Shown here: positions 1 through 8,912 of the stretch, piece after piece
Layout of the letters: the number at the start of each line of letters is the position of its first letter
How positions within the stretch are numbered: the stretch's first letter is position 1
From: an uncultured Rhodobacteraceae bacterium
GTDB lineage: Bacteria; Pseudomonadota; Alphaproteobacteria; Rhodobacterales; Rhodobacteraceae
DNA: 64,000 nucleotides
Assembly (NCBI GenBank): GCA_947488605.1
Contig: CANKZJ010000006.1
Location: 7,822 to 71,821 of the forward strand
Direction: 5' to 3'
The notes under the pieces: model-generated
The model's input: the letters and a program-made list of their open reading frames with translations, nothing else
Databases searched by the model: none
Told to the model about the DNA's origin: nothing
Translations under genes and position numbers: made by a program

Positions 1-2
1 GC

Positions 3-785
3 TATAAAGGCATCGAATTAGGCCCCATCGGCTATATGCCCGAAGACCCCGTGATCCTAAAAGATGAGCTCGCGAAGAACGACCTCAGCATCATCGGCGG
101 CGTTGTCTTTCGCCCGTTCCATGATGCCGCGAAATGGGACGAGGTCGTGGATGCGTCCAAACGTACATGCGAGGCGTTGGTCGCGCATGGTGCGCAGCAC
201 CTTGTGTTGATCGACAGTATCTCGCCGCGCCGCGCGCCTACAGCTGGCCGTGCCGATGAAGCCGAGCAAATGGACACCGCAGAATGGACCGCCTTCCGCG
301 ACCGGATCGCAACTATCGCGAAAATGGGAACCGAGGAATACGGTCTGACCGTAGGCATGCACGCCCATGCCGCAGGTTTCATTGACTTTGAGCCAGAGTT
401 GGAGCGGCTTTTGGACGAAGTCGATGAAAGCATCCTGAAAATCTGCTTTGACACCGGCCACCATTCTTACGCGGGCTACGATCCAGTGGCGTTCATGAAA
501 CGCCACATCGACCGCATCAGCTACATGCACTTCAAAGATATCGACCCTGTCGTGAAAGCAGACGTCGTTGCCAAGCGCACCGATTTTTACAAAGCATGTG
601 GTCAAGGCATATTCTGTAACTTGGGCCAAGGTGACGTCGATTTTCCAGCCGTTCGCCAGGTGCTACTGGACGCGGGCTTTGAAGGCTGGTGCACTGTCGA
701 ACAAGATTGCGACCCATCCATGCCCGGCACCCCGCTAGAGGACGCCGAAAGCAACCGTAAGTACCTTGAATCAATCGGCTTCTAA
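3..785 (+). CDS. sugar phosphate isomerase/epimerase, xylose-isomerase-like TIM barrel (IolE-like); 5' end outside window
   Basis: The frame is open back to nt 3 (..YKGIELGPIGYMPEDP..), so the track Met at 36 is internal. Family-typical motifs include ISYMHFKD and CTVEQD. Confidence 0.8.
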   Translation, partial: YKGIELGPIGYMPEDPVILKDELAKNDLSIIGGVVFRPFHDAAKWDEVVDASKRTCEALVAHGAQHLVLIDSISPRRAPTAGRADEAEQMDTAEWTAFRDRIATIAKMGTEEYGLTVGMHAHAAGFIDFEPELERLLDEVDESILKICFDTGHHSYAGYDPVAFMKRHIDRISYMHFKDIDPVVKADVVAKRTDFYKACGQGIFCNLGQGDVDFPAVRQVLLDAGFEGWCTVEQDCDPSMPGTPLEDAESNRKYLESIGF

Positions 786-810
786 GCCCTTCCATCGAAA
801 GACTATTACC

Positions 811-1965
811 ATGACAAAACTCAAATGGGGCATGATTGGTGGCGGCGAAGGCAGCCAAATTGGACCTGCACACAGGCTCGGTGCAGGCCTCGATAGCTTG
901 TTTGAATTCAGCGCAGGCGCGTTGGATCATCGGCCAGAGTATGGCATCGATTATGGCCAGCGACTGGGTCTGGGCGACCGTGCCTATGGCGGCTGGGAAG
1001 ACATGCTCGAAGCCGAGAAGAAACGCGACGACCGCGTTGATCTGGTCACGGTCGCGACACCCAATTCTACGCACTTTGCGATCACCAAGGCGTTCCTTGA
1101 AAACGGCTTTCACGTGCTGTGTGAAAAGCCCATGACGATGACCGTCGAGGAAGGCGAACAGATCGTAGAGATTGCGAAGAAAACCGGCAATATCTGTGCT
1201 GTGAACTACGGCTATTCCGGCTATTCCTTGGTGCGCCATATGAAGGCGATGATTGCCCGCGGTGACATCGGCAATGTCCGTTTGGTTAATGCCGAATTCG
1301 CGCACGGTCACCACGCAGATGCGACCGACGCTGATAACCCCCGCGTCCGCTGGCGCTATGATCCCGCGCAGGCTGGCGTGTCCGCCCAATTCGCGGATTG
1401 CGGTATCCACGCGATGCACATGGCAAGCTTTGTCACGGGTCAGGAAGTCACGAAATTATCAGCAGATACAGTGTCTTGCATTGATGTGCGCACGCTTGAA
1501 GACGACGCGATGGTCAACTTCCGCATGGACGGTGGTGCCGTTGGGCGGCTTTGGACAAGTTCCGTCGCGATTGGGCGCCAGCACGGTTTGGGCATTCAGG
1601 TGTTTGGTGAAACAGGTGGTTTGCGCTGGTCGCAAGAGCACCCAAACCAGCTTTACTACATGCCACTTGGCGAGCGCTTGCAAATCATTGAACGCGGCGA
1701 GGCGAACCTTTCCCCCGAGGCCGACCGGACGACCCGAGTCACCATTGGTCATGCTGAGGGGATGCCGCTGGCATTTGCGAATATCTATACCGATCTAGCT
1801 GAGGCGATAAACGCGCGCAAAGAAGGTCGAAAAATGGACCCGGCAGCTAACCTCTATCCGCGTGCCGAAGATGGTTTGCGGTCGATGGCAGCGGTTTATG
1901 CTGTGGCCGCATCTGGCAAAGCCGAAGGCAAATGGCTGGACGCGCGTCCCCCGATGTTCAGGTAG
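811..1965 (+). CDS. Gfo/Idh/MocA family NAD(P)-dependent oxidoreductase
   Basis: ATG 811 gives the Rossmann N-terminus MTKLKWGMIGGGEGSQIG, whereas the track ORF starts at an upstream TTG at 766. The LCEKPM motif is typical of the family. Confidence 0.88.
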   Translation: MTKLKWGMIGGGEGSQIGPAHRLGAGLDSLFEFSAGALDHRPEYGIDYGQRLGLGDRAYGGWEDMLEAEKKRDDRVDLVTVATPNSTHFAITKAFLENGFHVLCEKPMTMTVEEGEQIVEIAKKTGNICAVNYGYSGYSLVRHMKAMIARGDIGNVRLVNAEFAHGHHADATDADNPRVRWRYDPAQAGVSAQFADCGIHAMHMASFVTGQEVTKLSADTVSCIDVRTLEDDAMVNFRMDGGAVGRLWTSSVAIGRQHGLGIQVFGETGGLRWSQEHPNQLYYMPLGERLQIIERGEANLSPEADRTTRVTIGHAEGMPLAFANIYTDLAEAINARKEGRKMDPAANLYPRAEDGLRSMAAVYAVAASGKAEGKWLDARPPMFR

Positions 1966-2956
1966 GCAACGGCCGTAAGGTGCCACGCTCTACAATTGTA
2001 CACGCGAACAGCCGCGCCTCCGGGTAGCGGCTGTCGTCTTTGAGGGATGCTTCGATCAGTTCAATCGACGACGCGATGATTTGTTTGATCGGATTGCGGA
2101 TCGTGGTCAGGTTGATATTGGCCCAACCTGCCATTTCCATATCATTTAAACCAATGATACCAATATCTTGCGGGACACTCAGGCCCGCATCCTTGATCGC
2201 TGACAGCACGCCGATTGACAGCACATCATCACCGCAAAAATATGCCTCTGCGGGGGCCGATTGCAGCAGGCGCTGCATCTCTTCGCGGCCCGCATCAAAT
2301 GAATAGTTGCTGGCGTAGCTAACGGTCATATCAGCACCCGACGCATTCATCACCTCGGCAAACCCAGCAAACCGGTCCTGCGTCGAGGTCGCAGATTTCG
2401 GACCACCAAGGAAAGCGACGCGCCTATATCCGCGATCAATCAGCGTTTGGGCCGCCATGCGGCCTGCCTCAATATTATCAATGCCAAGCACGTTAACCTT
2501 AGGGCTGGGCGATTGCCTGCCGAACGAATGGACAACCGGAACCCCCGCGTCCTTGAACCCTTCTGCAAAGGTCGCAGGCAAGGTCGATGACGCAACGATC
2601 ACGCCGTCTACGGAATACGCGCGTAACATGCGAATGGAGTTTTCAGGGTTCACTTCATCCGTCAAGTTCACGAGCAAGGGGCGCAGTCCACGTGCCTGCA
2701 AGCCCTTGGTAAAGAGGTCAAAAACTTCCAGGAAAATCGGGTTGTGAAAGTTGTTGGAGACCAACCCAATCAGCTTGGTCCGCCCGGTGGTCAATGACGA
2801 CGCTAAGGCATTGGGGCTATAGCCCAAGGCATCTGCTGCCTTTTCCACTTTGGCGCGGGTTTTCTCAGAAACCGACGCACCTTCGGTATACGTGCGCGAC
2901 ACCGCAGAGCGAGAAACACCCGCACGTTCCGCAACCTCTTTGAGCGTCACTGCCAC
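1958..2956 (-). CDS. LacI family transcriptional regulator
   Basis: GTG at 2956 is preceded by AGGAGG about 8 nt upstream. The HTH is VTLKEVAERAGVSRSAVSRTY, followed by a periplasmic-binding-protein-like effector domain. The resulting 332 aa is a typical LacI length. Confidence 0.9.
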   Translation of the reverse strand: MAVTLKEVAERAGVSRSAVSRTYTEGASVSEKTRAKVEKAADALGYSPNALASSLTTGRTKLIGLVSNNFHNPIFLEVFDLFTKGLQARGLRPLLVNLTDEVNPENSIRMLRAYSVDGVIVASSTLPATFAEGFKDAGVPVVHSFGRQSPSPKVNVLGIDNIEAGRMAAQTLIDRGYRRVAFLGGPKSATSTQDRFAGFAEVMNASGADMTVSYASNYSFDAGREEMQRLLQSAPAEAYFCGDDVLSIGVLSAIKDAGLSVPQDIGIIGLNDMEMAGWANINLTTIRNPIKQIIASSIELIEASLKDDSRYPEARLFACTIVERGTLRPLPT

Positions 2957-2957
2957 G

Positions 2958-3203
2958 CTATTTGCCTCCTTTGGCGTCCTCTTCTGCTTGCGCGGCCACG
3001 GCCTCCCAGTCGGCATTCTTGAACCGCCATGCAGCGATGCCGCCAAGGCCCATAAAGATCAAGCCCCAGAAGTATGCGCTGTTCGAGAACTCGAAGAATG
3101 CCCATAAAATAGGCACCACAACAGCCAAGACGCGCCGATAGACAGGCAAAAAGAACGGAACTTCCAGATCAAAGAGCTTAGGTCGCGGTTTGTTAGGCGG
3201 CAC
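2958..3203 (-). CDS. small hypothetical membrane protein (~81 aa), translationally coupled between the ABC ATPase and lacI-family genes
   Basis: GTG 3203 has GGAG 7 nt upstream and overlaps the ATPase 3' end by 11 nt. Its stop TAG (2958-2960) sits 1 nt before the regulator's GTG. Two hydrophobic segments are present (VLAVVVPILWAFF and FWGLIFMGLGGIAAW). The start is uncertain; the track uses ATG 3251. Confidence 0.5.
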   Translation of the reverse strand: MPPNKPRPKLFDLEVPFFLPVYRRVLAVVVPILWAFFEFSNSAYFWGLIFMGLGGIAAWRFKNADWEAVAAQAEEDAKGGK

Positions 3204-3966
3204 CTTCGTACTCCGCGCCCGTTTTGGCCCCGGTGATGTATGACACCACATCGTTGCCGTCCGTGTCTTCTTTGTTCAGGTTCGCGACGATCCTGCCACG
3301 ACGGAACACAATGATCCGGTCCACCAAATCAAACACCTGCCGCATGTTGTGCGACACAAGAATCAGGCTTTCACCTTGCGATTTCAGTGTGCGGATGATG
3401 TTTTCCACCTGCGCGGTTTCCTGCACACCAAGTGCGGCCGTAGGTTCGTCCATGATGGTCAGTTTTGACGCAAATGTCGCGGTCCGTGCAATCGCCACAC
3501 ACTGGCGCTGGCCACCTGACATATTGGCAATTGTGTTTTTGATGTTGGGGATTTTCACACCCGTCTTGACCAGCCCGGCCATCGTGTCTTCGCGCATCGC
3601 TTTGTAGTCCAATAGACGAAATGGACCCAGCCAATCGAATTTGGTCTTTTCACGGCCCAGAAACAGGTTGTCCGGGACGTTCAGATCATCAGCCAACGCC
3701 AATGTCTGAAACACCGTTTCAATGCCCGCTTCGCGCGCGTCTAGCGGACCCGCAAACGACACATGTTCACCATCAAAGATCACGTCACCACGGGTACGTT
3801 GTTCTACTCCCGTAATCTGGCGCACAAAGGTAGACTTGCCCGCGCCGTTATCGCCCATGATCGCGACGTGTTCACCACGTTTCAGTTGAAAATCTGCACC
3901 TTCCAGAGCGTGCACACCACCGTAGTGTTTGGTCAGCCCTTTGGTTTCCAGAATGATATCTGACAT
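3193..3966 (-). CDS. sugar ABC transporter ATP-binding protein (single NBD, FrcA-like)
   Basis: Walker A GDNGAGKST, signature MSGGQRQ and Walker B LTIMDEPTAAL. The 257-aa single-domain form is seen in fructose/ribose-class CUT2 systems. Confidence 0.9.
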   Translation of the reverse strand: MSDIILETKGLTKHYGGVHALEGADFQLKRGEHVAIMGDNGAGKSTFVRQITGVEQRTRGDVIFDGEHVSFAGPLDAREAGIETVFQTLALADDLNVPDNLFLGREKTKFDWLGPFRLLDYKAMREDTMAGLVKTGVKIPNIKNTIANMSGGQRQCVAIARTATFASKLTIMDEPTAALGVQETAQVENIIRTLKSQGESLILVSHNMRQVFDLVDRIIVFRRGRIVANLNKEDTDGNDVVSYITGAKTGAEYEGAA

Positions 3967-3981
3967 CTATTAGGTCCTCCC

Positions 3982-5055
3982 TTATGCCCGCGCCGCAGCA
4001 CGTTGTTGTTGCCATTGATCCAGTGCAACCGCACCGACGATAATCATACCCAGCACCATTTCCTGATAGAACGCACCAAGGCGCAAGAAGGTGAAGCCAG
4101 AGGTAATCACACCGATAATCAGTGCACCAATGACTGTGCCGATAATAGACCCGCGCCCACCAAAAAGGGATACGCCGCCGATCACGGCCATCGCAATCGC
4201 TTCCAGCTCATAAGACAAGCCCATGCCAGATTGCGCGGTCAGGTTCTTAGATGTCAGGATCACCGCGGCCAGACCAGCTAGCCCCCCTGCGATCATATAA
4301 ACCAGCATCAGATGACGCGGCACGTTGATGCCGGACATCCGCGCTGCCGCCTCGTTCGATCCGATGGCGTAGGTGTGTTTGCCGTAGACGGTATAGTTCA
4401 TGATGAAGTGGAACAGCACGGCCAGTGACAAGAAAATGATCACAGGCATCATGCCTGCGCCGATCTTGGCATAGCCTTCCGTGGGGAAAGACACTGGGTT
4501 GCCCAATGACCACCACTGCGCCACACCGCGCGCAAACAGCATCATACCAAGTGTTGCAATAAACGGGGGGATGCGGGCGTAGGCCACGAGTGCTCCGTTG
4601 ATGAATCCCGCCAACGTGCCAACCGCGAGGCCGACAAGAACGGGGATAACCACCGGTAGATCAAGAAAAGAGGGACCAAAGATCGCCTTTGGGTTCATCG
4701 CACCATTCACTTCGGCGACTTGCGCAAAGCTCATCGCGATCATGGCGGTCGCACCCACGACAGACCCTGATGACAAATCAATGCCAGCGGTGATGATGAC
4801 TTGGGTCACACCAAGAGCAATGATGCCAATGATCGCGACTTGAATAATAATGATCCGCAAACGCGCTTCGTTAAAGATACTGTCAAAACGGTCGCGGGTA
4901 TCAAACAGCAAGCTTTGCTGCATGAAGACTGCACCAAGGATCTCAAAAATGATGATGATCAGGATGAGGGCGCCAAAGACGTTCAGCTCATTCGGCCAGC
5001 TTCGCTTTGATTTATCGTATGTAAGGCCGCCTGTGCCTTCGCTTGCGTCTGACAT
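3982..5055 (-). CDS. sugar ABC transporter permease (CUT2/ribose-type)
   Basis: Polytopic membrane protein of the BPD_transp_2 type. ATG 5055 (MSDASEG..) has GGGAG 7 nt upstream; the track ORF starts 24 nt further up. Confidence 0.88.
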   Translation of the reverse strand: MSDASEGTGGLTYDKSKRSWPNELNVFGALILIIIIFEILGAVFMQQSLLFDTRDRFDSIFNEARLRIIIIQVAIIGIIALGVTQVIITAGIDLSSGSVVGATAMIAMSFAQVAEVNGAMNPKAIFGPSFLDLPVVIPVLVGLAVGTLAGFINGALVAYARIPPFIATLGMMLFARGVAQWWSLGNPVSFPTEGYAKIGAGMMPVIIFLSLAVLFHFIMNYTVYGKHTYAIGSNEAAARMSGINVPRHLMLVYMIAGGLAGLAAVILTSKNLTAQSGMGLSYELEAIAMAVIGGVSLFGGRGSIIGTVIGALIIGVITSGFTFLRLGAFYQEMVLGMIIVGAVALDQWQQQRAAARA

Positions 5056-5133
5056 CTGCCAGCTCCCTGTTTGGTGCATTGGGGGAAACGGGGCAACCGC
5101 GGCTGCCCCGTAACTTTAGTTTTTGTCAGTGAC

Positions 5134-6075
5134 TTACTGGAAGTCAGCAAGGTTCTCTGGTGTCACCAGCTTGAACGGGATGAAGACTGTCTTGTCGACT
5201 TCTTCGCCCTTCACCAGTGCCATTGCTGTTTCAATAGACCCAGCACCCTGACCTGCAAGGTCTTGGAATACTGTCACATCCATGTCGCCAGCAGACATTG
5301 CCAACAACGCGTCAGATGTCGCATCAACACCACCAACGACAACGTCGTCCATGGAAATGCCAGACGCTTTCATTGCCTGAATAGCACCCAGTGCCATCTC
5401 GTCATTGTTGCCAAAGACCGCGTCGAATTCGTCACCGGAAGACAACCAGTTTGTCATCAGGTCGTTCGCTTCGTCGCGCGACCAGTTGGCTGTCTGCTCA
5501 TCAATGATGGTGATGAAGTTACACATGTCCATGCCGATAACGTCGTGGAAATCTTTGGTACGCTGAACGGCGGCTTGGTTCGACAGCTGACCAACCAGAA
5601 CATATGCACGTGCACCACCAGCTTTGCCTTCAGCGCGCAGCTGACGACACATCTGGAATGCAGCCAATGTACCGGATTCGATCTCGTTGGATGCAACGAA
5701 CGCCTGACCCTCTGGCAGTGTGTCCATGTTCACTGGCTGACGGTTGACGTAAACCAAAGGGACACCCGCAGCAGCGGCTGCATTCGACATTGCCTCAGTC
5801 GCGTTTGTGTCAACGGCGTTTACGATGATCGCATCAACACCGGACGCGATGAAGTTGTTGATCTGGTCAAGTTGCTTGGCCACATCATCGGTTGCGTCTT
5901 CCATTTGCAGGCTCACGTCGTCGTTAGCATCGTCAAACGCTGTCATGCCGTTGCGCATCACAGTCAGACCGTTGTCGTCAAAGCGCGCAACAGAGACACC
6001 AATTTGCAACTCTGCCATTGCAGCTGTGCTCATCATGAGCGTTGAAAGGCCAGCGGCCAATAGGATCTTTTTCAT
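5134..6075 (-). CDS. sugar ABC transporter periplasmic substrate-binding protein
   Basis: ATG 6075 is preceded by GGGAGGA. The signal peptide is MKKILLAAGLSTLMMSTAAMA, and the fold looks RbsB-like (Peripla_BP_4). Confidence 0.88.
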   Translation of the reverse strand: MKKILLAAGLSTLMMSTAAMAELQIGVSVARFDDNGLTVMRNGMTAFDDANDDVSLQMEDATDDVAKQLDQINNFIASGVDAIIVNAVDTNATEAMSNAAAAAGVPLVYVNRQPVNMDTLPEGQAFVASNEIESGTLAAFQMCRQLRAEGKAGGARAYVLVGQLSNQAAVQRTKDFHDVIGMDMCNFITIIDEQTANWSRDEANDLMTNWLSSGDEFDAVFGNNDEMALGAIQAMKASGISMDDVVVGGVDATSDALLAMSAGDMDVTVFQDLAGQGAGSIETAMALVKGEEVDKTVFIPFKLVTPENLADFQ

Positions 6076-6149
6076 GGTTTTCCTCCCAAGGAACGTGCCC
6101 GGCGCACGCATTGTTGATACCGGGACCTCTATCTGAGGCGATTGGTTCA

Positions 6150-6977
6150 TCACGCTGCCCCTGCCGTCACATCGGCAAGTTGGGACGCAATGAATGCGAT
6201 TGACCCGGCCAGAGCACCGGCTGGGTCATTCATGTCGTGAATTTCGGGGGCGAAAGCCTCAAATGAGGCTGGTCCGGTGTATCCTGCGTGCGCAAACGCT
6301 TTGAGTTGTGCGATGTTGCTCACACGGTCATTGGCATCCACAAGAACTCGGTGCGCGTCTGTCATCCGGTCAGTCGTCAGGCGCGGATCAGTCACGCCTG
6401 AGATGTGCACAATGGCCGTCAGCTCTGGATAAATCGCACTCTCGCAAGCGAGATGGTGGTGGAATGTATCGTGGATCAGAGCAAAGCATTCAGGCCTGTT
6501 CATATCATCGAGAACAGTGACGACATCTTGCTTGAAACGGAGGCTGCTTTGTTCAAACCCCAGCGGTTCAATCAATCCGCGCATCCCATAATCTTGTAAA
6601 ATCGGTTGCAAAACATCCAATGCCGCACGCAGGGCGGCGCGTTGATCAGACCGTGGCAGATGCCGTTCAGACACAAGCGGGATCAGCGCAACACCTTCGG
6701 CACCACAGCGCGCGGCTGTCTCAATCACAGCGATCGCTTCATCGCGGGACGCCATCGGATCAGCGTTAAATGCTTTCACTTCTGCCAGCGCCAAAATCCG
6801 CAAGCCTGCATCACGTGCGTTGTTTCCAAAGGCTTCGGGGCTTTCGCCATCAAACAATGCACGATCCAAATCGTTGCGGACTTCGACACCTACGCAATCA
6901 ACAGCACCCGCGATATCAAGAAGATCACGCGCAGTTTTGCGTGGCACTGTCATGTGGTTAAGGCCGATTGGCATCAT
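6150..6977 (-). CDS. TIM-barrel sugar isomerase/epimerase (IolI-like)
   Basis: The translation ..IGLNHMTV..EVRND..IEPLGF..HDTFHH.. fits the xylose-isomerase-like TIM barrel family. The start is ambiguous (GTG 7010 or ATG 6977/6974); the operator position favours the ATGs. Confidence 0.8.
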   Translation of the reverse strand: MMPIGLNHMTVPRKTARDLLDIAGAVDCVGVEVRNDLDRALFDGESPEAFGNNARDAGLRILALAEVKAFNADPMASRDEAIAVIETAARCGAEGVALIPLVSERHLPRSDQRAALRAALDVLQPILQDYGMRGLIEPLGFEQSSLRFKQDVVTVLDDMNRPECFALIHDTFHHHLACESAIYPELTAIVHISGVTDPRLTTDRMTDAHRVLVDANDRVSNIAQLKAFAHAGYTGPASFEAFAPEIHDMNDPAGALAGSIAFIASQLADVTAGAA

Positions 6978-7031
6978 TGGATATAAAATCCCCCCTGTCG
7001 CAATGGTCACTGTAACTACGATTCGTTTTTT

Positions 7032-7045
7032 TGCAACCGGTTGCA
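7032..7045. promoter_or_regulatory. LacI/GalR-family operator candidate
   Basis: TGCAACCGGTTGCA is a perfect 14-bp palindrome. It matches TGnAAnCGnTTnCA at all constrained positions and lies directly upstream of the minus-strand operon that ends in the LacI-family gene. Confidence 0.65.
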
Positions 7046-7133
7046 GTAAATTCCCTGACCCCAGGGCAAAGGGACGTGCCCCGCGAAATTATTCCGATTG
7101 TAAAACCCCAGGGCCCTGCCCCATAAATGCGTC

Positions 7134-8912
7134 ATGACCTTTTCGCGCCGCCGCATTTTTGGATTTGTGGCCGCAGTGGCCCTTTTACTGGCGCTCGCGG
7201 GTGCTGCCGTATTCCCGACGATTGAACGTCATTATATGCGCCAACAAGCCATGCAGGACGCCGTGCCGCTCAAACTTGCGGTAGAAAGCCTGCGCGCCAC
7301 GCTTGATCGCTACGCCCCCCTTCCCGCGTTGATAGCAGAGCGCCCCCAACTAACGATATTATTGCAGAATGCGGCTGATCCGGTGCTGCGCGCGTCAGTC
7401 AACGAGGATTTGCGTCAAACGGCGGCGACCGTAAAAGCGTCGGACGTTTATCTGATGGATATTTCCGGACGCACTGTTGCAGCAGCCTCTTACCGGGACG
7501 AAGGCAGCTATCTGGATCGAAACTTCAGTTATCAAAGCTATTTCACGCAAGCGCTTAATGGCGATCTGTCCAGTTTTTCTGTCTTTGGCACAACGACTGG
7601 TGAACGAGGTTATTTCTATGCGGCCCCGGTTGAAGACGGTGAACGTATTGTTGGCGTGCTCGCGATTAAATTCAATATTGCGGCTTTTGATAGCATCTGG
7701 CGCGGCGCGGACAGCGATATCATGGTCACGGATCGCAATGACTTCGTTTTCATGTCGTCGCGTCCTGATTGGCACTTTCGTGCGATCCGTCCGTTGAGTG
7801 ATGCCACACGCCGGCAAATCGCACAAAACCTGCAGTATCCAATTGACCGCATTGATTTGCTGCCGATCACAACGACCCCGCTCGGGCAAGATGCGCAACA
7901 CGTCTATATCGAAGGCGAAACGCGCGAGGGTTTTATTCTGACATCGCAACGCTTGACTGATCTGGATTGGACAATGGCGTCATTGTCGCCCACAGCCCCC
8001 GCCACGCTTAGCGCATTTCGCAGCCTGTTGATCGCAGGTTTGCTGGTCGCCTTGGGACTGATGGCGTTGCTTGCTTACCTTCTAAGACAGACCCGACAGG
8101 CCGAGGCATTGGCCCAAGAACAGCGCGCCAAGGCCGTTTTGGAGGAAACAGTTGCGATCCGTACCGCAGACCTGCAAACAGCTTTGGCCGATTTGCGACA
8201 GACCCAAACCGATCTAATTCAGGCGGGCAAACTGTCTGCATTGGGTCAAATGTCAGCGGCGCTTAGCCATGAATTCAATCAACCTTTAGCGGCTGTCAAA
8301 TCCTATGCTGACAACGCCAGTGCGTTTCTAGAGCGTGATCGCATCCCCGAGGCCAAGGACAACATCACGCGTATTTCCAAGATGGCGGACCGCATGGCGA
8401 CAATCTCGGCGCATTTGCGCAATTTCGCACGCAGGCCACAGCAGGCAACCGGACCACTCTCATTGAACACTGTCGTGCAGGATGCGCTGGCGGTCATCGA
8501 TGTGCGGTTGGCAGCCGAAGGTGGCCGGGTGGATTACATGCCCCCCCAAACAGAGGTTTGGGTCACTGGTGGGCATGTCCGTCTACAACAGGTCATCGTC
8601 AATCTGATCAACAACGCATTCGACGCGATGGAAGGACAGCGATCCCCGGTGGTAAGAGTGAGTATTGAAGGAACCACCGTTCATGTGCGCGACACGGGCC
8701 CAGGTATAGAAGCCGAAACAGTCGCGCAAATCTTTGACCCTTTCTTTACCACCAAAGAGCCGGGCAAAGGATTAGGCCTTGGCCTGTCGATCTCGTTTAA
8801 CATCGTGTCCGATTTTGGCGGAACGCTGAGTGCCGCAAACCACCCCGACGGCGGTGCGATCTTTTCAGTTCAGCTTCTGCCCGCCACGCCGCATCAGGTG
8901 GCCGCACAATGA
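7134..8912 (+). CDS. dctB: C4-dicarboxylate-type sensor histidine kinase
   Basis: An N-terminal TM segment is followed by a ~270-aa periplasmic region and a second TM segment (LLIAGLLVALGLMALLAYLL). The H-box is LSHEFNQPLAAV and an HATPase domain is present (GKGLGLGLSIS). It overlaps dctD by 4 nt. Confidence 0.85.
   Translation: MTFSRRRIFGFVAAVALLLALAGAAVFPTIERHYMRQQAMQDAVPLKLAVESLRATLDRYAPLPALIAERPQLTILLQNAADPVLRASVNEDLRQTAATVKASDVYLMDISGRTVAAASYRDEGSYLDRNFSYQSYFTQALNGDLSSFSVFGTTTGERGYFYAAPVEDGERIVGVLAIKFNIAAFDSIWRGADSDIMVTDRNDFVFMSSRPDWHFRAIRPLSDATRRQIAQNLQYPIDRIDLLPITTTPLGQDAQHVYIEGETREGFILTSQRLTDLDWTMASLSPTAPATLSAFRSLLIAGLLVALGLMALLAYLLRQTRQAEALAQEQRAKAVLEETVAIRTADLQTALADLRQTQTDLIQAGKLSALGQMSAALSHEFNQPLAAVKSYADNASAFLERDRIPEAKDNITRISKMADRMATISAHLRNFARRPQQATGPLSLNTVVQDALAVIDVRLAAEGGRVDYMPPQTEVWVTGGHVRLQQVIVNLINNAFDAMEGQRSPVVRVSIEGTTVHVRDTGPGIEAETVAQIFDPFFTTKEPGKGLGLGLSISFNIVSDFGGTLSAANHPDGGAIFSVQLLPATPHQVAAQ

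Noticed and set aside
532-1419. 295-aa minus-strand ORF
   Set aside because: It is antisense to the TIM-barrel and Gfo/Idh/MocA genes. It has no recognisable motifs and no ribosome-binding site.
5071-6045. 324-aa plus-strand ORF
   Set aside because: It is entirely antisense to the well-supported sugar SBP gene. The product is Cys/His/Val/Arg-rich with no motif, which is typical of a chance ORF opposite a GC-biased gene.
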